Shown: positions 7,820 to 17,310 of the stretch, piece after piece | How the letters are laid out: every line of letters starts with the position of its first letter | How positions within the stretch are numbered: position 1 is the first letter of the stretch | Assembly (NCBI GenBank): GCA_043799105.1 | Contig: JAZDOB010000012.1 | Coordinates: forward strand, 1,620 to 65,619 | Direction: 5' to 3' | DNA from: Candidatus Zambryskiibacteriota bacterium | GTDB taxonomy: Bacteria; Patescibacteriota; Minisyncoccia; Phycocordibacterales; WO2-35-19 | Length of the DNA: 64,000 nt | The notes under the pieces: generated by a model | Told to the model about the DNA's origin: nothing | Databases searched by the model: none | Seen by the model: the letters and a program-made list of their open reading frames with translations, nothing else | Translations under genes and position numbers: made by a program

Positions 7820-8791
7820 ATGTCTAACACTTCAAATTTTTATCAAAACTCAATATTTTGGGTGGAGGTGGATAAAATAAAGCCAAACCCCTTTCAGCCA
7901 AGACGTGAATTTGACGAGGATTCTATGAAAGCTCTAGCAGACTCCATAAAGCAATATGGGGTTCTTCAAGCGCTTGTGGTCACTCGAAAGGAAATCATTA
8001 AAGACGACGGTCTGGCGGTGGAGTACGAACTGATTGCCGGTGAACGCCGCTTAAGAGCTTCCAAAATGGCAGGCCTTTCGCAAGTGCCGGTCATCATAAG
8101 GATGGGCGAAGGAGAGGAGACCAAAGACGACTTGATGAAATTAGAGTTGGCAATTATTGAAAATGTCCAAAGAGAAGATTTGAATCCGGTAGAAAGAGCT
8201 CGAGCTTTCAAAAAGTTGGCTGACCAGTTTGGTTTCAAGCATCATCAGATAGCTCAAAAAATAGGCAAGAGCAGAGTATATGTCACCAATTCTATGCGTA
8301 TTTTGGATTTACCGGAAGAGATGCTCACGGCTCTTTCGGAAGGAAAAATAAATGAAGGGCACACAAGACCTCTCCTCATGCTTATTGACAGGCCGGAAGA
8401 ACAGAAAGTTCTTTTTCAGGATATTATGTTGCGCAAAATGAACGTGCGCGATGCTGAGCTCGCGGCGCGCAAGATCGCGATTGAAAGAGTGAGGAAATTT
8501 AATGCTTCGATTGACCCGGAGATTTGTGCTTTGGAAGAAAAGTTTGCGGCAAGTCTTGGCACTCGGGTGAGAATTGAGAAAAAAGAAAATGGCGGCAAGC
8601 TCATGATTGAATTTTTTAGTAACGATGATTTGGAGGATATTTTGAAGATGCTGAATCAAAATCAAGAGGCGATTGATGACAGAACTCCGGAGGAAATAAA
8701 AAAAGCGGAGGATACTCCGATTCCCACCGATGCTGAAGCTATAGCAGGCAAGGAAGAAGATTTATATTCAATCAAAAATTTTTCAATATAA
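7820..8791 (+). CDS. parB: ParB/Spo0J chromosome partitioning protein
   Basis: IKPNPFQPRREFD, GVLQALVV and GERRLRASKMAGL form the ParB N-terminal box plus HTH. No parA in the window. Confidence 0.9.
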   Translation: MSNTSNFYQNSIFWVEVDKIKPNPFQPRREFDEDSMKALADSIKQYGVLQALVVTRKEIIKDDGLAVEYELIAGERRLRASKMAGLSQVPVIIRMGEGEETKDDLMKLELAIIENVQREDLNPVERARAFKKLADQFGFKHHQIAQKIGKSRVYVTNSMRILDLPEEMLTALSEGKINEGHTRPLLMLIDRPEEQKVLFQDIMLRKMNVRDAELAARKIAIERVRKFNASIDPEICALEEKFAASLGTRVRIEKKENGGKLMIEFFSNDDLEDILKMLNQNQEAIDDRTPEEIKKAEDTPIPTDAEAIAGKEEDLYSIKNFSI

Positions 8792-8801
8792 AGAAGTTAT
8801 C

Positions 8802-10193
8802 TTATCCTTTAATAAAATTTCTGATTTGTTTTCTGGCGAGACTGGTCTTAACCCACTCAAGCCATTTGCGTTTTGGGCGTGCATTTTTGCTGATGATAAT
8901 CTCTACAATCTCGTTTCCCTTAAGAACGTTGCCGATAGAACAGAGCTTGCCGTCTATTTTCGCTCCTGACATTTGATTGCCGATATCAGAATGTATGGCA
9001 TAAGCGAAATCAATCGCCGAAGAGCCGGCAGGTAAATCAACCACATCACCCAAGGGAGTGAAGACAAATATTCTTTCACTCAAAAAATCTTTTTTTATTT
9101 CGTTTATGGAATGGGGAAGCATGGCCTGTATCCAGGGGGCAACTTGCTTTTCATTTTTTTCTCCCGCCTTGTAGAGGGCGTGCGCGGCTATCCCGTATTC
9201 TGCCTCTTTGTGCATTTCCTCTGTACGTATCTGTATTTCCACTATACTGCCGTCTCCGGTGAAGACGGTGGTGTGCAGACTTTGATAGCCATTGAGCTTG
9301 GGGAAAGCTATATAATCTTTCATTCTCCCAGGAACTGGTTTCCAGGCGCCGTGGATTATACCGAGCGCTTTGTAGCAGTCTTCTGTTTTTTCCACAACAA
9401 GTCGCATTGCCAAAATATCAGCAATTTTTCCCACATCTTTCTTGTATTTTAGATATTTTTTGTAAAGACTGTACAAGTTTTTAACCCTGTAATCAGAACG
9501 AAAATTAGCAAAACCCGCTTTGACCAGTTCCTTCATCACAGATTTTCTGAATTTTTCCAGACTTTCTATTTTTTCATCATGGCTTCTCTGAAAAACAGAA
9601 GCCATTTCGTTATAACCCTCTTTGTCCACATATGGAAAAGAGAGATCTTCAAGTTCGTGAGAAAGTTTCCTTATGCCCAACCGATAGGCGATGGGCGCGT
9701 AAATTTCCAAAGTCTCTTTTGCTATCCTGTCTTGTTTTTCTTTGGGCACAAAAGAAAGAGTTTTGATGTTGTGCAATCTGTCGCAAAGCTTGACTATAAG
9801 CACCCGCAAGTCTTTGGAAGTGGCGAAAAGGAGTTTACGCAAAGATTCGTTGTGCCGGTCGGCGCCACGATATTTTATCGTTCCCAATTTTGTGACTCCT
9901 TCAACTATGAATGCAACTTCTTTGCCAAATTCTTTTTCCAAGACTTCAATCCCAATGTCAGTATCTTCCAATATATCATGCAAAAAAGCTGCGGCGACGG
10001 ATACAGCGTCCAAACCGAGTTCAGCGATGCTCCTAGCTGTCTCAAACGGGTGGACAAGATATGGCTCCCCACTGTTTCTTTTTTGTCCTTCGTGGGCTTT
10101 TTCCGCAAACTGGTACGCTTTTCTTACGAGATCTTTTTCTTCTCTACTGCTTTTTGTTAAAAGGTCTATTATTTTTTCTAAGTCTTCTTCCAT
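8802..10193 (-). CDS. RelA/SpoT homolog, (p)ppGpp synthetase/hydrolase with TGS domain
   Basis: HD motif LHDILEDT; synthetase motifs YRVKNLYSLYKK, GYQSLHTTV and EIQIRTEEMH; TGS segment IFVFTPLGDVVDLPAGSSAIDFAYAIH. Confidence 0.9.
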   Translation of the reverse strand: MEEDLEKIIDLLTKSSREEKDLVRKAYQFAEKAHEGQKRNSGEPYLVHPFETARSIAELGLDAVSVAAAFLHDILEDTDIGIEVLEKEFGKEVAFIVEGVTKLGTIKYRGADRHNESLRKLLFATSKDLRVLIVKLCDRLHNIKTLSFVPKEKQDRIAKETLEIYAPIAYRLGIRKLSHELEDLSFPYVDKEGYNEMASVFQRSHDEKIESLEKFRKSVMKELVKAGFANFRSDYRVKNLYSLYKKYLKYKKDVGKIADILAMRLVVEKTEDCYKALGIIHGAWKPVPGRMKDYIAFPKLNGYQSLHTTVFTGDGSIVEIQIRTEEMHKEAEYGIAAHALYKAGEKNEKQVAPWIQAMLPHSINEIKKDFLSERIFVFTPLGDVVDLPAGSSAIDFAYAIHSDIGNQMSGAKIDGKLCSIGNVLKGNEIVEIIISKNARPKRKWLEWVKTSLARKQIRNFIKG

Positions 10194-12511
10194 TTTCTTC
10201 TTCCCATTTTCTTCGGTTCTTTGAAAATTTCCAGAGCTCGTTCTAGAGTAATGTTATGCACGTCATCTTTTTTGAGAGAACGGAAATCTTTTTGGTGTAC
10301 GACATAAGGGCCGAATCTTCCTATATTTGCTGATATCATCTCTCCGCTTTCCGGGTGTTTCCCGAGTTCTCTAGGCAAGCTCAAATATTTAAGCGCCTCC
10401 TCCAGTGTCACAGATTTTGGATCTTTGTCTTTTGGTATGCTTGACCGCCTGGGTTTTTTATTTTTTTCGTCTTTCACGCCAAGCTGTACGTACGGCCCAA
10501 ATCTGCCGTCCATTATAAAGACGGGGAGGCCGGTCGCTTCGTCATTGCCTATCGCTTCGGCCTCTTTGATTTCACTACCGTCAAAATTTCTCATGCCTTT
10601 GCATTTGGGGAACTTTTCACAGCTCAAAAACTTTCCTCCCTTGCCGAGCTTGATTATCATATCAGCTCCGCAAATTGGACATTTGAATTTGGGATTGGCA
10701 TCTCCTAGATTGGTCAGTTTGGCTGTTTTCTCTTTTTCTTTTATTTCTTTGGAGAAAGGTTTATAAAATTCCCGCAAAGTCGGTTCGTATTCTCTTTCGC
10801 CGTCGGCAATTTGGTCCAGCTCGTTTTCCATTTCAGCGGTGAAGGTGTCGCTTATATATTTTTCAAAATTATTTTCCAAAAAAGTGGAGACGACATCACC
10901 AGTATCGGTGGGTTTGAGTGCTCTCCCGTCTTTTTCGACATAACCCCTTTCTATTATGGTACCGATAATTGAAGCGTAAGTAGAAGGCCTGCCAATGCCT
11001 CTTTTTTCCAGCTCTTTAATTAAACCAGCTTCACTGTATCTGCCTGGTGGCTGTGTCTGTTTTTCCTCGTTATTTAGATTAAGTAAAGAAAGTGGATCTT
11101 CGGCTTTGACCTTAGGAAGCAAGACGTCTTCTCCTTTTGCTTCCGGATCAGCCAAAAGCCACCCGCTTTTTACGACTCTTGAGCCGTTTGCGACAAAGTT
11201 TGGAAGCCCGGGAAATGTTGCTCCCTCATCGCGCTTCGCTGATTTTCTTTCAGAAAATATCGCTTCGGTATCAACATTTCCCGGGCTTTGGATATTGGTG
11301 ACGATTTTTGTCCTCATCATCTCAGCATCTTTCATTTGGCTGGCTACAGCTCTCTGCCAAATCAAACGATATAATCTTTTTTGGTCTTCAGTGTGTCCGA
11401 CGTTTTCTTTGTCAAAATGAGTTGGGCGAATAGCCTCGTGAGCCTCCTGTGCGTTTTTTGATTTAGTTTTGTAAGTGCGAAATTGGTGATTTTCAGCTCC
11501 AAATTTATTTGCCACTACCCCTTTTATTTGTCCGAGCGCTACTCCTGCCATATTTAAACTGTCAGTGCGCATATAAGTGATATGTCCGGCTTCATAAAGT
11601 TTTTGGGCCGTCATCATCGTCCGTTTAGGAGAAAACCCCAGTCTTGTTGAAGCTGCTTGTTGAAGAGTGGAGGTGGTGAATGGGGCGTAGGGTGCTCTTT
11701 TTGCACTTGTTTCCGTCACATCTTTTACAAACCACTTTCCGTTTTTTGCCGCCTCGTAAATTTCATCGGCTTCTTTTTTTGTTTTTGGCTCTTTCTCGCA
11801 AAAAGCAATGAAAGACGCTCCAGAAAAAGTTTCTCCCTCAGCGCGCTTCGCTGATTTTCTTTCAGAAAATATCGCTTCGGGAGAAACTTTTTCTTTTGTT
11901 AATTCTGCGCTGATTACATAAAAAGTTTCCGGCTTAAAAGCGCGGATTTCTCTTTCTTTCTCCATTAAAATACGCAGAGCGGGGGATTGTACTCTGCCTG
12001 CCGAAAGTCCGTACCTCACTTTTTTCCAAATCAGTCCCGACAAATCATAACCCACCAGTCTGTCCAAAACCCTCCTGGCTTCTTGCGCCTTCCTCAAATT
12101 TTGGTCAATGCTTCGCGGGTGCAGGAGTGCCTCTTCTATCGCTTCTTTTGTAATCTCATGATAAGTGACTCTTTTTACTTTGCCCGCCGAAGCTTTAGCG
12201 GAGGAGGGTTTGTCTTCTCTTATTATTTCGGCCAAATGCCAAGCGATAGCTTCACCTTCTCGGTCGGGGTCTGTCGCCAATATTATTTCGTCCGCTTTTT
12301 CCGCCAGTTTTTTTATTTCCGCCACCACTCTCTCTTTTCCTTTTGAAATTTCATAATGAGGAATAAAACCACCTTCTATGTCTATGGCTTTTTTGTTTGA
12401 TTTTGGCAAATCGCGCACGTGTCCGACAGACGCGACCACTTCGTAATCACTCCCAATATATTTGCCAATCGTCTTTGCTTTGGCGGGGGATTCTACAATT
12501 AATAATTTCAT
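10178..12511 (-). CDS. topA: DNA topoisomerase I
   Basis: Toprim MKLLIVESPAKAKTIGKY, active-site region GHITYMRTDS, and the C-terminal zinc ribbon CPICG..CEKFPKC. Carries three in-frame repeat insertions. Confidence 0.95.
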   Translation of the reverse strand: MKLLIVESPAKAKTIGKYIGSDYEVVASVGHVRDLPKSNKKAIDIEGGFIPHYEISKGKERVVAEIKKLAEKADEIILATDPDREGEAIAWHLAEIIREDKPSSAKASAGKVKRVTYHEITKEAIEEALLHPRSIDQNLRKAQEARRVLDRLVGYDLSGLIWKKVRYGLSAGRVQSPALRILMEKEREIRAFKPETFYVISAELTKEKVSPEAIFSERKSAKRAEGETFSGASFIAFCEKEPKTKKEADEIYEAAKNGKWFVKDVTETSAKRAPYAPFTTSTLQQAASTRLGFSPKRTMMTAQKLYEAGHITYMRTDSLNMAGVALGQIKGVVANKFGAENHQFRTYKTKSKNAQEAHEAIRPTHFDKENVGHTEDQKRLYRLIWQRAVASQMKDAEMMRTKIVTNIQSPGNVDTEAIFSERKSAKRDEGATFPGLPNFVANGSRVVKSGWLLADPEAKGEDVLLPKVKAEDPLSLLNLNNEEKQTQPPGRYSEAGLIKELEKRGIGRPSTYASIIGTIIERGYVEKDGRALKPTDTGDVVSTFLENNFEKYISDTFTAEMENELDQIADGEREYEPTLREFYKPFSKEIKEKEKTAKLTNLGDANPKFKCPICGADMIIKLGKGGKFLSCEKFPKCKGMRNFDGSEIKEAEAIGNDEATGLPVFIMDGRFGPYVQLGVKDEKNKKPRRSSIPKDKDPKSVTLEEALKYLSLPRELGKHPESGEMISANIGRFGPYVVHQKDFRSLKKDDVHNITLERALEIFKEPKKMGRRKWKKT
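11221..11268. repeat. 48-nt direct repeat copy 1 inside topA
   Basis: ctccctcatcgcgcttcgctgattttctttcagaaaatatcgcttcgg. Encodes EAIFSERKSAKRDEGATFPG on the minus strand. Confidence 0.9.
11833..11880. repeat. 48-nt direct repeat copy 2 inside topA
   Basis: Identical to copy 1 except for one base (ctccctcaGcgcg..). Encodes EAIFSERKSAKRAEGETFSG. Confidence 0.9.
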
Positions 12512-12594
12512 AACACGACACTAATTACGAATAAAACCGAATGACACGAATAAAGTAAGAATAAGTTATAAAAACAAAAAAAGCAAAAATAATG

Positions 12595-12638
12595 TAAAAA
12601 GGAAAAGGTCTAGACGTTGCAGTCAATGCGTCTAGACC
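12595..12638 (-). terminator. Rho-independent terminator (minus strand)
   Basis: Stem ggtctagacg/cgtctagacc. The plus-strand A-run aaaaaggaaaa gives a U-tract on the minus transcript. Confidence 0.7.
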
Positions 12639-12726
12639 CTTGAAACAGAGGCGCGGTTTCCCCATATGTGGCAGGAGTAACTGCGAGGTGAACTCATCTG
12701 TTATAAATATAACACGAGAGTTGAAA

Positions 12727-12954
12727 TCAAAGAATGTATTCTTTCCCGTGGCGATCGGTATATGCGACCCTTCCGTTTTTTAGGAACGCTCTCTCGTTCC
12801 TACGATTGCGCACAGGGGATCCGTCTGACCAGTGCAACCGGCCGCAAATTTTGCAGGGGTGGGCCAAATCAAAAGAATAACAACCCACCTGCAAGCCCAC
12901 TTTTGTTTCGGTATCAATGATACCTTTCCTGCAGCTATGATCACGGCACTTCAT
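12727..12954 (-). CDS. small Cys-rich hypothetical protein (about 75 aa)
   Basis: The start MKCRDHSC is preceded by AGGAGG 7 nt upstream. Cys pairs (C..C, CKIC) suggest a zinc ribbon. No family recognised. Confidence 0.45.
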   Translation of the reverse strand: MKCRDHSCRKGIIDTETKVGLQVGCYSFDLAHPCKICGRLHWSDGSPVRNRRNERAFLKNGRVAYTDRHGKEYIL

Positions 12955-13030
12955 TTTTTCTCCTCCTTTTTTGTGGTGAGCAAATTTTACCTGTTCATTA
13001 TTATGCACCAAAATAATTTCCTGTCAATTT

Positions 13031-13049
13031 GTCAAAGTCGGACTTTGAC
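13031..13049. repeat. Palindrome gtcaaagtcggactttgac (same core as the nifS insertion)
   Basis: Read directly. It shares the caaagtcggactttg core with 34000..34056. Confidence 0.7.
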
Positions 13050-13071
13050 ATCTGAGTGTGTGGTGTAATTT

Positions 13072-13140
13072 GTAAATAAAAACCGCCCCGGCAGTTTGCA
13101 TTGCATTTCTGCTTTGCAAACTGCCCAGGGCAGTCGGAAG
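13072..13140 (-). terminator. Candidate terminator (minus strand)
   Basis: Arms ggcagtttgca (13090..13100) and tgcaaactgcc (13125..13135), with a flanking A-run on the plus strand. Confidence 0.5.
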
Positions 13141-13143
13141 AAG

Positions 13144-13689
13144 TTACTTCAGTTGCAGATAATCGCCGGATTTTTTGAGAGTATACATGCCGGCTTTACG
13201 GGCCACGGCGTGCGTGAACCAGAATGTTTCCTTACGTTTTTTAATATCGTTTTCTAAGCCTTCCAGGCGCGAAAGAGATTCATTCACAAATTCACGACCT
13301 TCTGTTAATGATCTGGTACCCGGCAAGGACTTGAGTAGAAACTCCTTCTCGTTGCACGCCGTGTGAAAAGATTCGGATAATATCTTCAGAACAGAATTAA
13401 CCAATGGCTGATGGATTCTCTTTTCTTCCGGACGATAGGGGAACGGCAGTCCAAATATTTTTTCGTACTTCACACGAGTCGCCCCCGCGGCGGAACAACG
13501 ACCCAGACCAATAAACGACATTGACAACAGGAGCCCACCGAAGACTAATGACCACGGTCGTGGCTCTTCGGTACGGATGATTTGCATTATAGTAAACAGG
13601 AGTAACCCGCTTGATATTGCAATACCCAAAAATGCGGGCCAGACTTCTCTGTCCAAATATGCCATTAACTCGTTGAATTTCCGCAACAT
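13144..13689 (-). CDS. hypothetical membrane protein (2 predicted TM segments)
   Basis: AAGGAG Shine-Dalgarno. Hydrophobic segments WPAFLGIAISSGLLLFTIMQII and WSLVFGGLLLSMSFIGL. No family recognised. Confidence 0.5.
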   Translation of the reverse strand: MLRKFNELMAYLDREVWPAFLGIAISSGLLLFTIMQIIRTEEPRPWSLVFGGLLLSMSFIGLGRCSAAGATRVKYEKIFGLPFPYRPEEKRIHQPLVNSVLKILSESFHTACNEKEFLLKSLPGTRSLTEGREFVNESLSRLEGLENDIKKRKETFWFTHAVARKAGMYTLKKSGDYLQLK

Positions 13690-13807
13690 AACGTTTCTCC
13701 TTTTCAGTGAACTGTTTTTACCGCTGTTTATACGGTAGTGGTGGGATTGTTTTGCCCACCCTCTGATTACAAGTATAGCATATTACACAAGAAAAAGCAA
13801 GTATTTG

Positions 13808-14740
13808 TCAAGAAAGCCTTATTTCACCGAGGGTTTCTTTAATTAGGCCTTTGAGTTCCAAAAGGGAGAGGAGAGTTTGAGTTTCGGAGACGGGGATTTG
13901 ATGTTGAGAACTTGCCTGACGTAAGATTTCATCGCGAGGCAAGGGCTCTATCAAAAGTTTTATAATAAGCATTTCTCTTTCTGAGCAATTTTCATAATCA
14001 GTTTCATTTTTGCCGGAACCTTTTTTAGACGGCGAACCAAAATCCAATTTTCCAATTTTTAGAGCTTCTAAAATATCATCGGCGCTACGAATTGGTGTCG
14101 CTCCCAAGCGCAGGAGCATATGTGGCCCATCCGAATGTGGAGAAAATATGCTTCCCGGAATTGTGAGAACTTCGCGATTATACTCCGTCGCCAGTTTGGA
14201 AGTAATTAAAGTTCCAGATTTTAATTCCGCTTCTACAACCAGAATAGCGTGGCACATACCGGCCATTATTCTGTTCCGCCTGGGAAAACTAAAAAATACT
14301 TTTTTGGCCGCGGTGTCGTGCATAAGCAAAGACGCTTTTTGCTCTGGCTCCATTTCTGAAATCAGAGTGCCACCGCTCCCTACTATTTCTTCAGCGAGCA
14401 TAACGTGCGTCTGCGGGTGGAGGGCTTTGGGGTGGAGTCCGGATCCGGGAATGGCAATTGTTGATAGATTATTTTTAAGTGCTGCACGATGTGCAATGGA
14501 GTCAATACCCAAAGCAAGCCCGGACACTACTGTTATAGGATAGCCACTAAGTTCTCGTATCAAGTATTCAATTGCCTCTCTGCCGTAATTGGTGTATTTG
14601 CGGCTTCCAACCACGCACAAAAGTTTCCTTTCATAATCTGGTATTTGCCCTGCATAATATAATTGCTCGGGAGGATCATTTATCTCCTCCAAAAGAGGCG
14701 GCCAATCTTTCTTATTCAATTTTTTTATTTCATATTTCAT
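13808..14740 (-). CDS. dprA: DNA processing protein DprA (Smf)
   Basis: LLCVVGSRKYTNYGREAI..VVSGLALGIDSIAHRAAL..IAIPGSG is the DprA Rossmann core. Confidence 0.9.
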   Translation of the reverse strand: MKYEIKKLNKKDWPPLLEEINDPPEQLYYAGQIPDYERKLLCVVGSRKYTNYGREAIEYLIRELSGYPITVVSGLALGIDSIAHRAALKNNLSTIAIPGSGLHPKALHPQTHVMLAEEIVGSGGTLISEMEPEQKASLLMHDTAAKKVFFSFPRRNRIMAGMCHAILVVEAELKSGTLITSKLATEYNREVLTIPGSIFSPHSDGPHMLLRLGATPIRSADDILEALKIGKLDFGSPSKKGSGKNETDYENCSEREMLIIKLLIEPLPRDEILRQASSQHQIPVSETQTLLSLLELKGLIKETLGEIRLS

Positions 14741-14788
14741 TCACTTTTTTGAGTTCACATTTATTATAACATTTGATACTATCTAAAC

Positions 14789-16069
14789 ATGCTTGATATT
14801 AAATTTATAAGAGAAAATGCCGAGCTTGTGCAGGAAGGCGCCCAAAAAAAGCGGATTGATTTTGACGTTAAAAAACTTATTGAAGTTGATGACAAAAGAA
14901 AAACCCTAAGCCAAAACCTTGAGGAAAAGAGGGCTAAGCAAAACAAAGTGAGCGAGGAGGTGGCAAAAGCCGGACAAGCAGGCAATATGGCCGAAAAAGA
15001 CAAGCTCATAAAAGAAATGCAACCCCTGAAAGAAGAAATGCAAAAGTTGGAAGAAGAATTAAAAGAAGTGATGATAGAATGGCAAAAACTTATGATTTCT
15101 GTGCCAAATATTCCCGATATGTCGGTGCCGGAAGGAAAAGATGATGCGGATAATCTGGAGGTAAAACAATGGGGTAAGATTCCAAAATTTGATTTTGAGC
15201 CGAAAGATCACATTGAAATTATGGAAAGACTTGATTTGGCTGACTTTGAAACTGGCGCCAAAGTGGCGGGCTTCCGCGGATACTTTTTGAAAAACGAAGG
15301 GGCCGAACTTTGTTTTGCTTTGTGGCAATTAGTGGCTGATTTGTTCAGACAAAAACACGCGGAATATTCCATGATGCTCGTGCCCTCTTTGGTAAAAAGG
15401 GAGACGCTCATGGGTACCGGGTATTTGCCCCAAGGCGAGGATGATTTGTATAAAACTCAAGACGGAGACTTTTTAGCCGGTACGGCCGAGGTGGCCACCA
15501 TGAGTTATTTTGCCGACAAAGTTTTGGACAAAAAAGATTTTCCTATAAAAAAGTTGGCGCTTTCTCCGGCCTTCAGGAGAGAAGCGGGCAGTTATAGCAA
15601 AGATGTCAAAGGACTTTATAGAGTGCACGAGTTTATGAAATTTGAACAGGTGATTTTGTGCGAAGCTTCTCATGAAGAGAGTGTCAAATATCACGAGGAG
15701 TTGCTTTCAAACGCGGAAGAGATTTTGCAGGCGCTCAAATTACCTTATCGTGTAGTGGCAAGTTGCGGTGGCGATCTCGGTCTCGGTCAAGTCAAAAAAT
15801 ATGACATAGAAACCTGGATGCCATCCAAAAATAAATACGGCGAAACTCATTCTTGCTCATATTTTCACGATTTTCAAACTCGCAGGCTCAACATAAAATA
15901 TCGCGATGCCGATGGCAAATTGAGATTTGCCCATTCTTTAAACAACACCGCTCTGGCTACCCCGAGAGTTTTGATTCAAGTCTTGGAAAACAATCAGCAG
16001 GCGGACGGTTCCGTCATTATTCCAGAAGTGTTGAGACCTTATATGGGAAGGAAGGAAAAGATAGGATAA
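14789..16069 (+). CDS. serS: seryl-tRNA synthetase
   Basis: MLDIKFIREN plus a coiled-coil arm. Class II motifs FRREAGS, RVHEFMKFE and GLGQVKKYDIETWMP. Confidence 0.95.
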   Translation: MLDIKFIRENAELVQEGAQKKRIDFDVKKLIEVDDKRKTLSQNLEEKRAKQNKVSEEVAKAGQAGNMAEKDKLIKEMQPLKEEMQKLEEELKEVMIEWQKLMISVPNIPDMSVPEGKDDADNLEVKQWGKIPKFDFEPKDHIEIMERLDLADFETGAKVAGFRGYFLKNEGAELCFALWQLVADLFRQKHAEYSMMLVPSLVKRETLMGTGYLPQGEDDLYKTQDGDFLAGTAEVATMSYFADKVLDKKDFPIKKLALSPAFRREAGSYSKDVKGLYRVHEFMKFEQVILCEASHEESVKYHEELLSNAEEILQALKLPYRVVASCGGDLGLGQVKKYDIETWMPSKNKYGETHSCSYFHDFQTRRLNIKYRDADGKLRFAHSLNNTALATPRVLIQVLENNQQADGSVIIPEVLRPYMGRKEKIG

Positions 16070-16085
16070 AGATATCACCCCCTGT

Positions 16086-16901
16086 ATGGTTATGTATAAA
16101 AGCAAATATAAAAAAGCGTCTTCTAAGATTGCCAAGAGAAATAAAACCAGAAGATATGCCGGTTTATTTTTGAAAATAAGTGTACCGGTAATTTTTATTG
16201 TCGGTATAGTTTTTCTTTTGCGCTCCAATTTTTTACAAGTCAAGAGTTTTGAAGTTTTGGGGGCAAATAGCATATCGCAGGAAAGCATAAAAAACACCGC
16301 CTCCGCCTTTATCTCCGGCAACAAACTTTTATTCATACCACGCTCCGATATTTTATTTTTAAATAAAGACAAACTGGCAACGGCTTTGCTTTCAAATTTT
16401 ACGAGGATAGAAAAAGTGACAGTTAACAAAAATTTTTTTAGCAAAAATATCACTCTGTCGCTTACCGAAAGACAGGCCGATTTTTTGTGGTGTTCTCCGA
16501 CGGGTGAATGCTTCAATATGACCAAAGACGGGCTAGTTTTTGAAAAGTCCAACTTCGCTGAAGCTTCGTCGGACAAGATTTCCTTTAGGGGAAGTCTTGA
16601 AGGGAATCCGCTTATGAAAAATTTTGCCACTCCGGCGGAAATGCAAAATTATTTGAAGCTTCTCAAATTTTTTAAAGACGCCGGTTTTGAAATTAGTTCG
16701 GTAAATATTGAATCAGCTGATAAAGCTGTCGCCAGATCAAATGTGGGAGACATAATATTTAATCCAGGAGAAGCAGACCTCTCAATCCCCGCTCAAAACG
16801 CAATTCTTTTGATAAATGAAACAAGAAACAAAAACCCCTCCGCTCTTTTCAACTACATTGACGCCCGTTTTGGCAACAAAATGTTTTATAAGCTGTTATA
16901 A
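16086..16901 (+). CDS. ftsQ: FtsQ-like cell division protein (TM + POTRA)
   Basis: N-terminal TM segment followed by a POTRA-like stretch: LQVKSFEVLGANSISQESIKN..ITLSLTERQADFLWC. Confidence 0.6.
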   Translation: MVMYKSKYKKASSKIAKRNKTRRYAGLFLKISVPVIFIVGIVFLLRSNFLQVKSFEVLGANSISQESIKNTASAFISGNKLLFIPRSDILFLNKDKLATALLSNFTRIEKVTVNKNFFSKNITLSLTERQADFLWCSPTGECFNMTKDGLVFEKSNFAEASSDKISFRGSLEGNPLMKNFATPAEMQNYLKLLKFFKDAGFEISSVNIESADKAVARSNVGDIIFNPGEADLSIPAQNAILLINETRNKNPSALFNYIDARFGNKMFYKLL

Positions 16902-16908
16902 TAAAGGT

Positions 16909-17310
16909 ATGTCTGAAGTTTTTGAGAAAGAGCCGTTCTTTTTGGCTTATATAAAATGGCATTACGGTCAAGGACTGAGAGAGCTTTTTGGGGTGTCCGG
17001 CAATTTCCTGTGGTTTGTTGGTAACTTCTTCTCTTTTAAACTGCTTCTCAAAACTCTATTTGCGCCATGGAAAAGGCTAGGCGAGCACTACGAGGGTGGT
17101 TTTGATTTGGGCGCCTTTGCCTCCGTTTTGGTAGTGAACAGTCTTATGAGGGTAGTTGGTTTTGTCACTAAAACTTTGGTGCTTCTGGTTGGTTTGGTTT
17201 CTTATATTTTAGTATTGGTCTTTTCTTTCTTTGTTTTCATTATTTGGATTTTAGCTCCCGTAATAATTTTGGGTAGTTTGGTTTTGTCGGTTACATTTTT
17301 TGTTATATGA
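16909..17310 (+). CDS. hypothetical membrane protein
   Basis: I moved the start to MSEVFEKE because the track start overlaps ftsQ. C-terminal TM helices. Overlaps the next gene by 4 nt. Confidence 0.5.
   Translation: MSEVFEKEPFFLAYIKWHYGQGLRELFGVSGNFLWFVGNFFSFKLLLKTLFAPWKRLGEHYEGGFDLGAFASVLVVNSLMRVVGFVTKTLVLLVGLVSYILVLVFSFFVFIIWILAPVIILGSLVLSVTFFVI

Noticed and set aside
7740-7820. A search for a parS site (TGTTTCACGTGAAACA-like) near parB.
   Set aside because: I found no close match by eye here or elsewhere in the window. A systematic pattern search is needed before claiming presence or absence.
9111-10246. Plus-strand ORFs of 113, 193, 160 and 61 aa.
   Set aside because: They are antisense to the RelA/SpoT homolog and the topA 3' end.
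15938-16630. A 230-aa minus-strand ORF.
   Set aside because: It is antisense to the serS 3' end and the ftsQ-like gene. It has no motifs and low-complexity composition.
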